Source: Phycisphaerales bacterium (GTDB taxonomy: Bacteria; Planctomycetota; Phycisphaerae; Sedimentisphaerales; Anaerobacaceae). Taken from it: a DNA stretch of 64,000 bases. The position numbers were made by a program, and so were the translations under genes. Shown piece after piece: positions 37,153 through 45,925 of this stretch. The stretch covers positions 86,641 through 150,640 of the forward strand of contig PLLP01000006.1 in NCBI GenBank assembly GCA_003141315.1. Reading direction: 5' to 3'. The notes below the pieces were generated by a model that had not been told where the DNA came from, ran no database searches, and worked only from the letters and a program-made list of their open reading frames with translations. Numbering within the stretch: position 1 is the stretch's first letter; the number at the start of each line of letters is the position of its first letter.

Positions 37153-37576
37153 AACGGCTGAAATTTAAAAACGGCCCGCCTTTCAAGGTTCCGATATAAT
37201 CAGGAAAAACGTGCCAAAAGTGGCCGTCCGGCTGCGGCATAAATCGCCAATCTGCCGCGGCGATGCCGAGTTGTAAAAGTATTACGAACTTCTTTGGAAA
37301 TTCAACGTCCGAAAAAATATACCAAAACGTATTCTGTGAATACTACAATTACAGATGAATAACCAATCGTATTCGCAATCTATTGCTAATATGGGACGTT
37401 GCAGCAGCCAGGTATATTTGCGGTTTTCTTAAACCGCAGGAGGACAGGCGCTGTTTTCGCTGCAATTAACGAATCCGACAGCGGCGGATTGCAAAGTTCA
37501 GTTAAATAAAGATTGATGCCCGCATAGTCTGATAACTATTGATGAACCCGCCGCATCGCCTGCTGCCGGACCGGCA

Positions 37577-37673
37577 TCCGCCTGCGGTCCGCCTGCGGCG
37601 GAGGGCTTTATTGCCCCCGCCACTGGTGCGGGGGCTAACCACGCCGTTGTCGTCCGCCACACGAATGGCGGAC
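37577..37673. repeat. Composite cluster of short GC-rich hairpin modules
   Basis: tccgcctgcgg + tccgcctgcggcgga + gcccccgccactggtgcgggggc + gtccgccacacgaatggcggac in tandem. The same module types recur at 40783-40799 and 41193-41220. Confidence 0.75.
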
Positions 37674-38013
37674 AAGTTTATGGTCCGGATAAAAAAAGGC
37701 ATTTTTGGAATTTTATCAAGCGACCGTCCGGCATAGCCGAAATTATTTGCACGAAGGATTGGTAAAATGAAAATAAATATTACTTTTAGAAAAATCGGGG
37801 TAATGAATAAAAGGCTATCAAGCCGGTTTCGGCTCAAAGAATACGGTATAAATGAACAGAAGGGATTGTATCCGCTAAAGGCGGAGTAGCGGCGGGGCCA
37901 TAGAAAAAAAGTAAAGGTATTAAAAAACTTATTACAGATTATCGGGAATGACAAGGATTGTTGCCCGGGGAAGACAAGTGTTATAGGACAAAAAATGATA
38001 ATCTGAAAACAAA

Positions 38014-38631
38014 ATGGAGCTGCTGCAAACATTGAATAAAAAATTATACATCGTTATTTTGGTTTTGAGCCTGCTGGCAACGATTTGTTATGCCCTTAAC
38101 GAAGCGGAAACCAAGGAATATCAGCTCAAGGCGGCCTTTCTGTATAACTTCATGAAATTTGTCGACTGGCCTGGAGATTTTGCGGACACCAATGAAATAA
38201 CGATAGGAATTATCAGCAAAGAACCCATCGGAAACCTGTGTGAGCCGCTGAAAGATAAGAAGGTCAAAAATAAGAGCGTTAAAATTATACAGTACCCGAG
38301 TTTCGAGGAGCTAATCAATCTCGGCAAACAGGATAAAAAGGCGATGGACGAGCAAATTGAATCCATAAAAAAATGCCATCTTTTATTCATATCTGCCACC
38401 GAGACTAAAAACGCCAAAGAAATCCTCGACCAGGTAAAGGACAAAAATATCCTCACAGTCGGCGAGCTGGATGGTTTTCTGGCAATGGGAGGGGCGATAA
38501 ATTTTGTTGTTGAGGACAAGAAGATTCGTTTTGAAATAAATCTTGAAGCGTCCGATAAGGCAAAATTAAAGATAAGCTCGCAGCTTTTACAACTCGCAAA
38601 AAAAGTGATTAAAGCAAAAGAGCAGGGTTAA
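38014..38631 (+). CDS. YfiR family (DUF4154) periplasmic protein
   Basis: Signal peptide followed by EYQLKAAFLYNFMKFVDWP, the YfiR hallmark. Confidence 0.8.
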   Translation: MELLQTLNKKLYIVILVLSLLATICYALNEAETKEYQLKAAFLYNFMKFVDWPGDFADTNEITIGIISKEPIGNLCEPLKDKKVKNKSVKIIQYPSFEELINLGKQDKKAMDEQIESIKKCHLLFISATETKNAKEILDQVKDKNILTVGELDGFLAMGGAINFVVEDKKIRFEINLEASDKAKLKISSQLLQLAKKVIKAKEQG

Positions 38632-38709
38632 AATCACCGATAACACTTCCCAGGAGGCAGGAACAAGGGATATTTTTGGAGATAGCTTTTTACTCTGAGG
38701 CCTGGGAAT

Positions 38710-40242
38710 ATGAAAATTAGACATAAATTAACTGCAATCATAATGCTCACCAGCGTGACCGCCCTGCTTCTCGGATTAATCGCCTTCATCACGTGGGAGT
38801 ATTTTGATTTGAAGAATCAGATGGTTTTCAATCTTCTGACGCACGCATCGATAGTAGCTGACAATTCAAAAGCGGCGGTTGCCTTCGATGATGCCAAGGG
38901 CGCCAAAAGTATTCTGAACGCTCTTCATGCCTCCCCGTCAATTATTCACGCACATATTATAAAGGCAGACGGCAACTCCTTTGCAAATTATAACCGGGAT
39001 GCAAATGACCAGAGCATTCACATACTTGATTTGAGAGGTAAAAACTACGCATTTACCCAGGACTCGCTGAACCTGAAGCACAATATTGTCGACCCGGACG
39101 GCGAAAACATAGGCACAATATATCTTCAGGCGGAATTGAAAGAGCTGTATTCCGGAATAACAAGAACAGCATATATAGGCCTGGTGATTGCCTCAATTGT
39201 CATTTGCGTGACGTATCTTCTGTCATCGAGGCTGCAGAAAATTATATCCGGCCCAATATTAAAGCTGGCTGTAGTTGCCAAGGACGTTTCAGATAAAAAG
39301 GATTATTCCGTTAGGGCAATAAAACATACCGAAGATGAAGTAGGCCAGCTTATCGAGGCGTTTAATGAAATGCTGTATGAGATTCAACAGAGGGATATTG
39401 AGCTTCGGGAAATAAACGAAAAACTGGAAATCCGCGTAAAGGAACGAACGGCAGACCTGGTTGTTGTCAATCAGCAACTTGAAGAACTGAATACGGAACT
39501 TAAGACAACAATAAGCAAACTTACAGCGGCCAACCGCGACCTTTCTGATTTTGCGCACGTGGCAGCCCACGACCTAAAGGCACCACTGCGGGCAATAGGC
39601 AGTTTAGCCGGGATAATGCACGAGGATTACAGTGATTATCTCGATGAGCAGGGCAAAAATTATCTTAAGATGCTCATCCAAAGGACTGAACGGATGAGCG
39701 AGCTTATCAATGCGATACTGAGATATTCGGAAATCGGCAGGCTTTCCAGCGAGAAGGAAGTGGTAGACCTGAATAAAACGATAAAGGAAATCACCGATAA
39801 TCTGGCCGTGCCGCCGAACGTCAAGATAACGATAGAAGACAAACTTCCGACAATAGTTGCGGAAAGAGAAAAAATAACACAGATCTTCAGAAACCTTATC
39901 GGCAACGCAGTAAGATATATGGATAAACCAAACGGCGATATAAAGGTAGGCTTCAAGAAAAGTGAAGATTTCTGGACCTTTTACGTGTCCGATAACGGGC
40001 CCGGCATCCAGGAAAAATATTTCGATAAAATATTCACTATCTTTCAATCGCTGAAAAGAAGAGATGAGCTCGAAAGTATAGGGATTGGACTATCTATAGT
40101 GAAAAAAATCGTTGAACTGTACGGCGGGAAAGTCTGGGTCGAATCTAATTTCGGGAATGGTTCAACTTTCTACTTCACCTGGCCCATAAACAATTTGGAG
40201 AATATTAATTATGAGAAACTCAAAACCTATTCTGTTAGTTGA
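38710..40242 (+). CDS. Sensor histidine kinase (CHASE8-like periplasmic domain, HAMP, HisKA, HATPase_c)
   Basis: IVADNSKAAVAFDDAKGAKSILNAL (CHASE8-like); HAMP (VGQLIEAFNEM); H-box FAHVAAHDLKAPLR; N-box NLIGNAVRY; DNGPGI; GIGLSIVKK. Confidence 0.9.
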   Translation: MKIRHKLTAIIMLTSVTALLLGLIAFITWEYFDLKNQMVFNLLTHASIVADNSKAAVAFDDAKGAKSILNALHASPSIIHAHIIKADGNSFANYNRDANDQSIHILDLRGKNYAFTQDSLNLKHNIVDPDGENIGTIYLQAELKELYSGITRTAYIGLVIASIVICVTYLLSSRLQKIISGPILKLAVVAKDVSDKKDYSVRAIKHTEDEVGQLIEAFNEMLYEIQQRDIELREINEKLEIRVKERTADLVVVNQQLEELNTELKTTISKLTAANRDLSDFAHVAAHDLKAPLRAIGSLAGIMHEDYSDYLDEQGKNYLKMLIQRTERMSELINAILRYSEIGRLSSEKEVVDLNKTIKEITDNLAVPPNVKITIEDKLPTIVAEREKITQIFRNLIGNAVRYMDKPNGDIKVGFKKSEDFWTFYVSDNGPGIQEKYFDKIFTIFQSLKRRDELESIGIGLSIVKKIVELYGGKVWVESNFGNGSTFYFTWPINNLENINYEKLKTYSVS

Positions 40243-40630
40243 AGACGATGACGTCGATGCCCTGACTACTAAAAGGGCGCTGAAGGAAATCAAGGTTACC
40301 AACGAACTCGTTCATAAGCTCGATGGTGAAGATGGATTGCAATACTTAAATGCCGGCAATACTAAACCTTGCGTTATCCTGCTCGACCTTAATATGCCGA
40401 AAATGAACGGGTTTGAATTCCTCAGGGCAATTAAGGCCAATGAAGGTCTAAAGAAAATTCCGGTCATAGTCCTTACTACTTCCGATACCGACCAGAATAT
40501 ACTCGACAGCTACGAACTGGGCGTCGCCGGCTATATCACCAAGCCCGTCGATTACCGTCAGTTTGTAGAGGCTATGAAAACCGTGGATATGTACTGGACT
40601 TTAAGCAGGCTTCCCGAACACGACCAGTAG
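40211..40630 (+). CDS. Stand-alone response-regulator receiver protein
   Basis: ILLVEDDDVD, ILLDLNMPKMNG, and LTTS...K receiver motifs. It overlaps the kinase gene by 32 nt. Confidence 0.9.
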   Translation: MRNSKPILLVEDDDVDALTTKRALKEIKVTNELVHKLDGEDGLQYLNAGNTKPCVILLDLNMPKMNGFEFLRAIKANEGLKKIPVIVLTTSDTDQNILDSYELGVAGYITKPVDYRQFVEAMKTVDMYWTLSRLPEHDQ

Positions 40631-40668
40631 TCCGTCATCAATCATCTGTAAAAAGACAAAAGAGAAAA

Positions 40669-40693
40669 AGACCTCCCATAGAGGTCTTTTTTG
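40669..40693 (+). terminator. Rho-independent terminator
   Basis: Stem agacctc/gaggtct with loop ccata, followed by T5. Confidence 0.6.
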
Positions 40694-40779
40694 TTATATA
40701 TATTTGCTTGAATAGAACCAACACTTCTGCCCTTTGTCAACATCAGGTCTCGATTCGCCTGCGGTGAAGAACATAGCGG

Positions 40780-41058
40780 TTAATCCGCCTGCGGCGGACC
40801 CGCATCTGCCAATTTACTTTTAAGCCAATCCCGCCCCCTGCCGCTCTTGAGCCATCGCTCACGCTTCATAGCCTCGGAACGAGTCGTGAAAACATCGGAA
40901 TATATAAGTTTCCAGGGACCTTTCTGCTTTGTGGTATATTTCGCAGGATTGTGTTCGCGGCTGTTATGCTCGCTGATACGGCGGCTCAAATCATTAGTAT
41001 GGCCGACATATCGCCGACCTGTAGATATGCTTTCGATTACATATACATAATACTCCAC
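40780..41058 (-). CDS. Small GIY-YIG nuclease family protein (92 aa)
   Basis: (M)EYYVYVIESISTGRRYVGHTNDLSRRISEHN...RSEAMKRERWLK is a canonical GIY-YIG/URI core. The GTG start lies 2 nt downstream of the tRNA-Asn 3' end. The last 6 codons and the stop lie in a GTCCGCC-type hairpin. Confidence 0.8.
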   Translation of the reverse strand: MEYYVYVIESISTGRRYVGHTNDLSRRISEHNSREHNPAKYTTKQKGPWKLIYSDVFTTRSEAMKRERWLKSGRGRDWLKSKLADAGPPQAD

Positions 41059-41060
41059 AA

Positions 41061-41133
41061 CTCCCCGAGTAGGGCTCGAACCTACGACCTGGCGGTTAAC
41101 AGCCGCCCGCTCTGCCAATTGAGCTATCGGGGA
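41061..41133 (-). tRNA. tRNA-Asn (anticodon GTT)
   Basis: Manual cloverleaf on the minus strand: acceptor tccccga/tcgggga; D arm gctc-aattggca-gagc; anticodon arm ggcgg-ctGTTaa-ccgcc; T arm gtagg-ttcgagc-cctac. 73 nt. Confidence 0.9.
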
Positions 41134-41253
41134 ATAAAACCCAGCTATATATTATTATTTCAAAGCTGATACCCCTGCAGCTCCGGCGGTTAATCCGCCT
41201 GCGGTCCGCCTGCGGCGGACTCTGCCAATTGAGCTATCGGGGAATAAAACCCA
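41111..41253. repeat. Perfect 33-bp direct repeat duplicating the tRNA-Asn 5' part plus its upstream flank
   Basis: tctgccaattgagctatcggggaataaaaccca occurs at 41111-41143 and again at 41221-41253. A shorter relative (ctgccaatt preceded by the same hairpin) lies at 40776-40814. Confidence 0.9.
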
Positions 41254-41500
41254 AAAACAAAGGTTTTATCCGACCTGCAAAAACATCAGGCACAGTTATG
41301 ATATATTATCCACAATTTGAGGCCTTTGTCAATGCCGAGCTTCAATAAAGCCGATATTTGTAAAAGTTTCGGCAAGTATGGACAAAAACATAAATTTTAG
41401 TATAATAGACCTTTTGCAAACGTCTTATATTACAAAGACCTGGATGGACGAGAGCTAAACGTATTTGTTATCATAGTGTTTTTACGGGTTCTTATTTAAA

Positions 41501-42385
41501 ATGGCAAAAGATATTCTTGAAGTTGGCGGCTTCAGTATTAAAAGGCGCATCGGTTCCGGCGCCCGCAGCACTATTTATGAAGCAGTTGATGATGAGGACA
41601 ACACCCCCGTCGCCCTCAAGCGGGTAATCTACGAACGGGCTGAGGATGTTCGCGTATTCGAACAGGTCGAAACAGAATTCAAAACGGCTCAGCGGGTTGA
41701 CCACCCCTATGTGCGAAAATGCTACAAACTCAAAAAGATTCGGGTAATGTTCCAGGTTCGCGAGATGATTCTTTCTATGGAGCTTTTTGACGGGGTGACG
41801 CTCGAAGAGCATCCGAATTTAAGCCTGCTGGACGTGCTGCTCGTATTCCGGATGGTGGCCAACGGACTAAACGCGATGCACCAGCAGGGTTATGTGCATT
41901 GCGATATAAAGCCCAACAATATTTTATTGAGCAAAACAGGCGCAATTAAAATTATTGATTTGGGTCAAAGCTGCAAAATCGGCACGATAAAGCGCCGCAT
42001 ACAGGGGACGCCGGATTACATTGCCCCCGAACAGGTAAGGCGTGCGCCGCTCGGGCCAAAAACGGATATATTCAATCTCGGCGCGACGATGTACTGGGCG
42101 CTAACGGGCAAGAACGTTCCGACGTTAATTCCGAAAAAGGACACCCTCGACGTGTTTGTCAAGCAGCCTTTGCGGGCGCCTCATGAACTGCAAAAGCAAA
42201 TACCGGAACCTATCTCGAACCTCGTTATGGAATGCGTAAAAGAGGACCCGGCAGCAAGACCCAAGAATATGCTCGAGGTAGTTTCGAGGCTTGATATGCT
42301 CATTCATGGAATTATCGGCGGCGCATTAAAACCTCAAAACTCTTATGAACAGGACCGGAAGCGAAACAACCCGGAGGAGAGCTGA
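41501..42385 (+). CDS. Ser/Thr protein kinase (kinase domain only)
   Basis: GSGARSTIYEA, VALK, HCDIKPNNILL, DLGQS and GTPDYIAPE motifs. Confidence 0.9.
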   Translation: MAKDILEVGGFSIKRRIGSGARSTIYEAVDDEDNTPVALKRVIYERAEDVRVFEQVETEFKTAQRVDHPYVRKCYKLKKIRVMFQVREMILSMELFDGVTLEEHPNLSLLDVLLVFRMVANGLNAMHQQGYVHCDIKPNNILLSKTGAIKIIDLGQSCKIGTIKRRIQGTPDYIAPEQVRRAPLGPKTDIFNLGATMYWALTGKNVPTLIPKKDTLDVFVKQPLRAPHELQKQIPEPISNLVMECVKEDPAARPKNMLEVVSRLDMLIHGIIGGALKPQNSYEQDRKRNNPEES

Positions 42386-42438
42386 TATTAAGCGGCCCGC
42401 AAGATTCGTCTGATTTATCTGAAGCGAGTTTTGAAAAA

Positions 42439-43287
42439 ATGGAGCAAACGATAACAGGATTGCTTGAGGACGGCAGTAATGCCAACTACTCTGATAAATT
42501 CAGGACAGGCAACATTGTTTATATTCCTGCCGATGCCGAGCTTATTGCCACCGGAGACATTCACGGCCATCAGCGCAATTTCGAGAGAATAGTTTCCTTT
42601 GCCGCCCTGGCGAAAAACCCGAACAGACACCTGCTGCTCCAGGAGATTATTCACGGCGGCCCTGAAGATGACCAGGGAGGATGCCTGTCTTATAAATTGC
42701 TGTTCGACACCGTTCGTTTGAAGGTTCAATTTCCCGACCGGGTGCATTTTATTATGGCAAACCACGACACCGCATTCATCAACGACGGGATGGTGCTTAA
42801 AAACGGCAAGGAAATGAACAGGGCGATGAAATCAGCCATCAACAGGGAATTTCAGTGCAACAGCCTCGACGTGCAGGCAGCGATAACGGATTTTTTTATG
42901 TCCCAGCCTCTCGCCGTTCGATGCGAAAACCGGATATGGCTGTCGCACTCACTGCCGAGCGACCAATACGTCAATTTATTCGATAAAAATATTTTCGAGA
43001 AAAAACTTACAATCGAAGATACTATTCAGCCTGGTTCGGCGTATTTGCTTACGTGGGGAAGGCGGCACAGCCAGCAGACGCTCGATGAGATGGCAGAGCT
43101 TCTTGACGTCGATATTTTTGTTCTCGGACACCAGAGGCAGGAGAACGGATGGAGCCGGCAGGGCAATAATTTAATTATTTTAGCTTCGGATCACAATCAC
43201 GGCTGCCTGCTGCCGATAAAGACTGGCAAGCCTTACACAATCGAACAGCTTGAAAGCTCGATAATTCAGCTATCTTCCATAGCTTGA
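42439..43287 (+). CDS. Metallophosphoesterase (PPP-type Ser/Thr phosphatase-like)
   Basis: GDIHGH, ANHD (GNHE equivalent) and VLGHQ motifs. Confidence 0.78.
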   Translation: MEQTITGLLEDGSNANYSDKFRTGNIVYIPADAELIATGDIHGHQRNFERIVSFAALAKNPNRHLLLQEIIHGGPEDDQGGCLSYKLLFDTVRLKVQFPDRVHFIMANHDTAFINDGMVLKNGKEMNRAMKSAINREFQCNSLDVQAAITDFFMSQPLAVRCENRIWLSHSLPSDQYVNLFDKNIFEKKLTIEDTIQPGSAYLLTWGRRHSQQTLDEMAELLDVDIFVLGHQRQENGWSRQGNNLIILASDHNHGCLLPIKTGKPYTIEQLESSIIQLSSIA

Positions 43288-43356
43288 CAAACATATCCAT
43301 TTAGTGGTAAAAGCTTTGTAGTTTAAGCTTCAACATCACAGGAAAAAAGCTGAAAA

Positions 43357-44580
43357 ATGAACTGGATATTTTTAACAGCGATAACGGCAGTCCTTTCACA
43401 ACTGCTTTTTGTCTATTTTGTGTATCTGAATTTCCGCAATGCGCGCAAGAAGCACAAAAAAGACAGAAGCTCGTATAATCCGCCCGTTGCGCTGTTTATC
43501 CCGTGCAAGGGAATAGACACAGAATTTGAAAAAAACATTGAATCATTTTATACCCAGCAATACAGCAATTACCTGCTTTGGTTTGTCGTCGCCGATACGG
43601 CAGATGCAGCTTACGGCAAACTGCAGGAGCTGAAAGCAAGATTCGCCCCGATTTCAAAAGCAAAGGAAGTCCGGATTCTGACAAGCGGGCAGAGCGAATT
43701 GTGCAGCCAGAAGATTCACAACCTACTCTATTGCTACAGGCAGCTTCCGCGCGGAATCGAGATTATGGCATTTGCAGATTCTGACACCTGCATCCGGCCG
43801 GACTGGTTAAGCCATATCGTCCATCCGCTGAAAAAACCCGAATTTGGCGCCACCAGCGGATACAGATGGTTTATTCCGAAGAAAACCAACCCGGCCTCGC
43901 TCATTCTGTCGGCATTGAACGCAAAGGTGGCACAATTACTCGGCAATTCTCCTTTCAACCAGGCCTGGGGCGGCTCGATGGCAATAAAAATCGAGACGTT
44001 CGGCAAACTGGGCATCGATAAAATATGGGCCAAAGCTGTAAGCGATGACCTGTCGCTTACCATTGCGGTAAAAAAGTCGGGACAGAAAATCGCTTATGTG
44101 CCGGCCTGCTTAGTCGCCACTTATCAGCAGTGCAGCTTTAGCGAGCTTTTCGAATTCAGCCGGCGGCAGTTTCTGATAACGAGAATCAACCGGCCTATTG
44201 TCTGGTGGTTCGGCCTTCTGGGTTCGTTTTATTCCGTGGCTGGCCAGTGGGCGCCATTGGCGGTGATTTTCTTTGTGTCCGCATTAAGACGTGACACCGT
44301 GTACCTGCTGTTATCAATATCATTCGTATTTTTTGCGGGCGAATTTACCCGTGCAATACTGCGACAAAAAATGGCGGCCTTATTATTAACAAAAGACCGG
44401 ACTAACCTTACTGCCGCCGCCGCATGCGATATTTCGGGCTGCTGGCTCTGGACAATTCTTAATCTTTTTCTGCTGCTGTGCTCAGCTTTCGGCAGGACAA
44501 TCTGCTGGCGTGGCCTGCGATACAAACTTATCAATCAGGGAGAAACTGTGCTTATCGGGGCTGCCCAGAAATCCGATTAA
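43357..44580 (+). CDS. Membrane glycosyltransferase, GT2/GT21 (ceramide glucosyltransferase-like)
   Basis: N-terminal TM; PCKGID; FADSD (DxD); SRRQFLITR (Q/RxxRW-like); C-terminal TM helices. Confidence 0.72.
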   Translation: MNWIFLTAITAVLSQLLFVYFVYLNFRNARKKHKKDRSSYNPPVALFIPCKGIDTEFEKNIESFYTQQYSNYLLWFVVADTADAAYGKLQELKARFAPISKAKEVRILTSGQSELCSQKIHNLLYCYRQLPRGIEIMAFADSDTCIRPDWLSHIVHPLKKPEFGATSGYRWFIPKKTNPASLILSALNAKVAQLLGNSPFNQAWGGSMAIKIETFGKLGIDKIWAKAVSDDLSLTIAVKKSGQKIAYVPACLVATYQQCSFSELFEFSRRQFLITRINRPIVWWFGLLGSFYSVAGQWAPLAVIFFVSALRRDTVYLLLSISFVFFAGEFTRAILRQKMAALLLTKDRTNLTAAAACDISGCWLWTILNLFLLLCSAFGRTICWRGLRYKLINQGETVLIGAAQKSD

Positions 44581-44597
44581 AACGGGCCTTGCGGCTC

Positions 44598-45755
44598 TTA
44601 ATCTATACTACCAATATCGTCCTGAGATTTACCGACCAGGTATATCCTATTTTTCCCGCTCCTTTTTGCTTCGAGCAAGGCCCTGTCAGCCTGTTCGAAA
44701 AGCTCTGCTGCGGTTGAGCCGTCGCGAGGGAAACTTGCGAGGCCGCCGCTGATTGTAAGAACCCCCTGGCTTTCAGCGCCGAGGAGTGATAACTGTGCCT
44801 TTTTAAGCTCTGCACGAAACCGGCTTGCAATCAGTATGGCTTCTTTTGGGTGTTCTGATTGCAATGAGCGTCTGTCTGTTTCAGTCATGGTGGATTTTTC
44901 ATCCTGCACATCCCAGAAAATCACCACAAATTCGTCGCCGCCGATTCTGCCGACGACATCGTGAGGCCGGCAGCTGCGGCGAATCAGGACGGCAACCTGT
45001 TTGAGAATCTCATCGCCGGCACTGTGGCTGTAGGTATCGTTGTAGTGCTTGAAATAATCGATATCGAACATCAGCAGGGTTACCCTGCCGCTTCTTACCC
45101 TCGTATATTCTATAATCTGACTGCAGAACTCCCAGACGTATCTCCTGTTTTTCAGACCGGTAAGGTCATCGGTGGTAGCCAGTATCTCAAGCTCCCGCAG
45201 TTTTTTCTGCATCTGGACATCTGAGTCGGCGTCCTGTAATCCCGGTCCGCCGAAGGCGGACTTCGAGAAAACGACTGAATGAAAGAAATCGCTTACCTCA
45301 AGAGGACAAATCAGGTAATCGTCAGCGAGTTTTGAGCCGTTGTTTGACGATTTGACCAGCTCGATAGCCGCCGGCTCTTCGCTCATCCTCGACAGCAATA
45401 CAATTTTAGCGCCCGGGATGGTCTTTCTTATACTGCTGAGAACTGCTTTTAGTTTGGGTCTGGCTGATGAAATCACAAGTACGATAGTATCCCAGCTGCC
45501 TGTCGCAGCAGCGTTAACGCCCGCATTAATATCTTCGTAGAGTGAAATGCCCTGCCCGTTGAGGGCATGCCCCTCGACAAATGCCTCTCTGGCATCGCCA
45601 ATCAATAAAATCCTGTCCTTGAAATCATTTTTGCCGGAATCAGATGTACCCATTGCAGTCAAATCCAGGAATAACTTTTTGTCCTCGTCCGTAAAAATCC
45701 TGAAGATTACATCCTGCCGAAACTCTCCAAACAATTTACGACCCCAAAACCTCAT
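44598..45755 (-). CDS. Diguanylate cyclase (GGDEF) with an N-terminal receiver-like domain
   Basis: DDLTGLKNRR, FDIDYFKHYND and RIGGDEFVV motifs. The N-terminal ILLIGD...IVLVIS fold looks REC-like. Confidence 0.9.
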   Translation of the reverse strand: MRFWGRKLFGEFRQDVIFRIFTDEDKKLFLDLTAMGTSDSGKNDFKDRILLIGDAREAFVEGHALNGQGISLYEDINAGVNAAATGSWDTIVLVISSARPKLKAVLSSIRKTIPGAKIVLLSRMSEEPAAIELVKSSNNGSKLADDYLICPLEVSDFFHSVVFSKSAFGGPGLQDADSDVQMQKKLRELEILATTDDLTGLKNRRYVWEFCSQIIEYTRVRSGRVTLLMFDIDYFKHYNDTYSHSAGDEILKQVAVLIRRSCRPHDVVGRIGGDEFVVIFWDVQDEKSTMTETDRRSLQSEHPKEAILIASRFRAELKKAQLSLLGAESQGVLTISGGLASFPRDGSTAAELFEQADRALLEAKRSGKNRIYLVGKSQDDIGSID

Positions 45756-45925
45756 AACGGGTATTTGGTTTCCGCCTCCGGCGGACTCCCCGCCCTTCGC
45801 AGAGCATTACCTAATCATTTATTATACAATCAGTTATGGAAAAGTCAATAAGGCTTGTCCAATAAAGGGGGGTATCTGCACTATTGCGACAAAAAAAAGG
45901 ATATTATATGCCAATGTTTTTTCAT

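Noticed and set aside
37502-38032. 176-aa minus-strand ORF in the 1-kb spacer upstream of the Hsp70 operon
   Set aside because: It reads through the composite GC hairpin cluster and AT-rich filler, shows no homology pattern, and overlaps the yfiR start. It is likely non-coding.
40780-41118. A 112-aa ORF in the track that extends the GIY-YIG protein N-terminally (MAERAAVNRQVVGSSPTRG...)
   Set aside because: The first ~20 codons are simply the translated tRNA-Asn gene; GSSPT comes from the T-arm ggttcgagccc. The real CDS most likely starts at the GTG at 41058, right after the tRNA.
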